Shown here piece by piece: positions 40,061 through 41,806 of a DNA stretch of 41,806 nucleotides (its first letter is position 1; the number at the start of each line of letters is the position of its first letter). The stretch comes from Trichinella spiralis (Eukaryota): assembly GCF_000181795.1 (NCBI RefSeq), contig NW_003526945.1:5675503-5717308 (forward strand), in the 5' to 3' direction. Under the pieces are notes generated by a model. That model was not told the DNA's origin. It did not search any database and saw only the letters and a list, made by a program, of their open reading frames with translations. A program made the translations under genes and the position numbers.

Positions 40061-41806
40061 AATCGTGATGTATTATTCATTATTATCATTCTTATTATTC
40101 AATTAGCTACTGATTGATACCAAACTTGACGCTTTTTGAATTCATCTTCGGTTTCAACTGTATCCGAATCCCATGTGTGAAAATGCGCTTTTAATGCAGT
40201 AGGTTGCGATATCAGTTGTAGAAAATTGCAATAAAACTAAGGAAATTAAGAATTGATCACAAAAAATGTCCCCATCCGTGGTATTTAGCCGAATAGTTTG
40301 CAGATTTCACGAAGTGCAGTCCCCACTACCATCTGTTTCATGTATTTTGCTTCAGATTGATACCAACGTGCGGGTATTTGAATTTACTTTCATTTCGTAA
40401 CAACGATGCAAACTGGATTTGCATAATTACTATAATATGCAGTGGCCCAGGGTGAAAATTTATTAAAAATGCTATGAAATTAAATAAATTCAAAATTCAT
40501 GTCAAACTATTGGGCTCAAACATGGTATTTGTTCGAATCTTTTGAGGTATCCACAAGTGTGTACTGTGAAACTTATTCCATGCTTCACATGAACTACAGA
40601 ATATTGTAAAATAATTTTATGTTTAGCGCAAGCAACTGTGTGCCAATTATAGGTATGTAAATTTACAATTACCCCCCAAACAATGATTTTTTGAGATATT
40701 TGATAAAGTTACCGGTTTGAGCATTGTAAATTTATAGAATAAAAAGACTGGCATATTGCACGGAAATAGCTTTTTTAGTGTGATAATTTTGGATAATGCA
40801 TATCCTTGAATTGTAATGAGTCAAAAATATTCAGTGAACAAAGATTTTTGCTTTTGAAAGTTACTGCTGATTAAATGAAAAGCAGAAACAATTCTTATTA
40901 AAGTAAATTCTTTTTTTCGGGTGACAAAATGGATAGTTTTTTTGTAAAAATTAATCACATTATTCCATATGCACAATTATTTAACTTTCATTTTTCATTT
41001 CTTTTTATTCTGAATTCTATGAAATACTATGTTAACTTTCACATTCTTGCGTATATCTCAAGAAGTACCCAAACAGGAGCATTCTGATTAAGTTTATAGT
41101 AGTTAGCGAATAATTCTCTACCGAAACAATTCAACCGATATAATTATCAGAGAAAAAAATTTTTTTCGAAAATTGCAAAATTTCACTGACTATAAACTTG
41201 GTTGTTTTTGCGAAAAGCGGCGAAAAATTCGTTTTCAAAATTTCAACATTTTTTAATTGCTGGACTTTCAAATTAAAAAATGATAGTGTTTTGGAGAAAT
41301 TGAACCCTACAAGACAAGTGGTAGAATAATCGGCGACTGAAGATGGCGTACAAACTACCGCAATACATAGTGCAGCTCCATTGCAGTAAAGTATCTAAAA
41401 AGCTTTTTCCGGACTGTCATGACAGACAACCGACTGTATGGACTTAAAATAAAGTGTTCCTTTATAATGCCCTTTCGATTGATTTTGATCTGCTAATAGA
41501 AAAGTTCAGTTTCAAACGGAATTGAAACGCATCGAGCATTTGAAACAATTAAAATTACAATTTTGAAGTGTGCCTATCTTAAGGCACAGGGAAGCAGCCC
41601 ATCTGAAACTTCGTTCAAGCGGATCGACAATGGTTGAAATTTACTATACGAAACTTTCTCCACATTATAATGCGGAATTCGTTGAAAAATGCTGAGTTTT
41701 GTGCAATATTTAGTTGTTTCGGGCAAGTCGATTTTCCTTCATTTTTTGTCGATTTCCAAATAAATTGAAAAAAAATTGTTTTCATACGGGTTGAGATGTG
41801 CATCAA

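Noticed and set aside
41330..41375. CTGAAGA core resembling a Penelope-type hammerhead ribozyme
   Set aside because: No GAAA after a proper stem II, and the flanking stems do not pair.
41615..41806. Minus-strand ORF at the window edge
   Set aside because: No recognisable homology and truncated by the boundary; cannot be supported.

Overview
AT-rich, intron-containing eukaryotic DNA. The many ~50-70 nt GT-AG introns, TTTCAG-like acceptors and gene/retroelement content point to a nematode, most likely clade I (Trichinella-like); this is inference. Genes rebuilt by hand from splice sites and reading frame: (+) CUB-CUB-LDLa-TM NETO/SOL-2-like gene (3729-6659); (-) GPI-anchored Ly6/three-finger gene (7464-8291); (-) FITM/FIT2 (8812-9744); (-) a synaptotagmin-like C2 gene missing from the ORF track (11238 to ~16762); (-) an intronless, divergent STAR/KH RNA-binding gene (19147-19758); (-) RNA polymerase II subunit RPB2 (20841-25549), head-to-head with (+) MSH2 (27214 to ~31735); (+) an MNX/HB9 (ceh-12-type) homeobox gene (32759-34992). 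The last 6 kb hold a decayed Ty3/gypsy gag-protease remnant, a probable secreted-protein pseudogene and the 3' part of a restriction-like-endonuclease non-LTR element (Utopia/NeSL type). No rRNA, tRNA or CRISPR was seen. I found no clearly new multi-gene system. The best leads are the atypical C2 protein, the divergent STAR protein, a possible small tail-anchored protein gene, a possible divergent transcript between rpb-2 and msh-2, and a site-specific retroelement remnant lacking its usual target.
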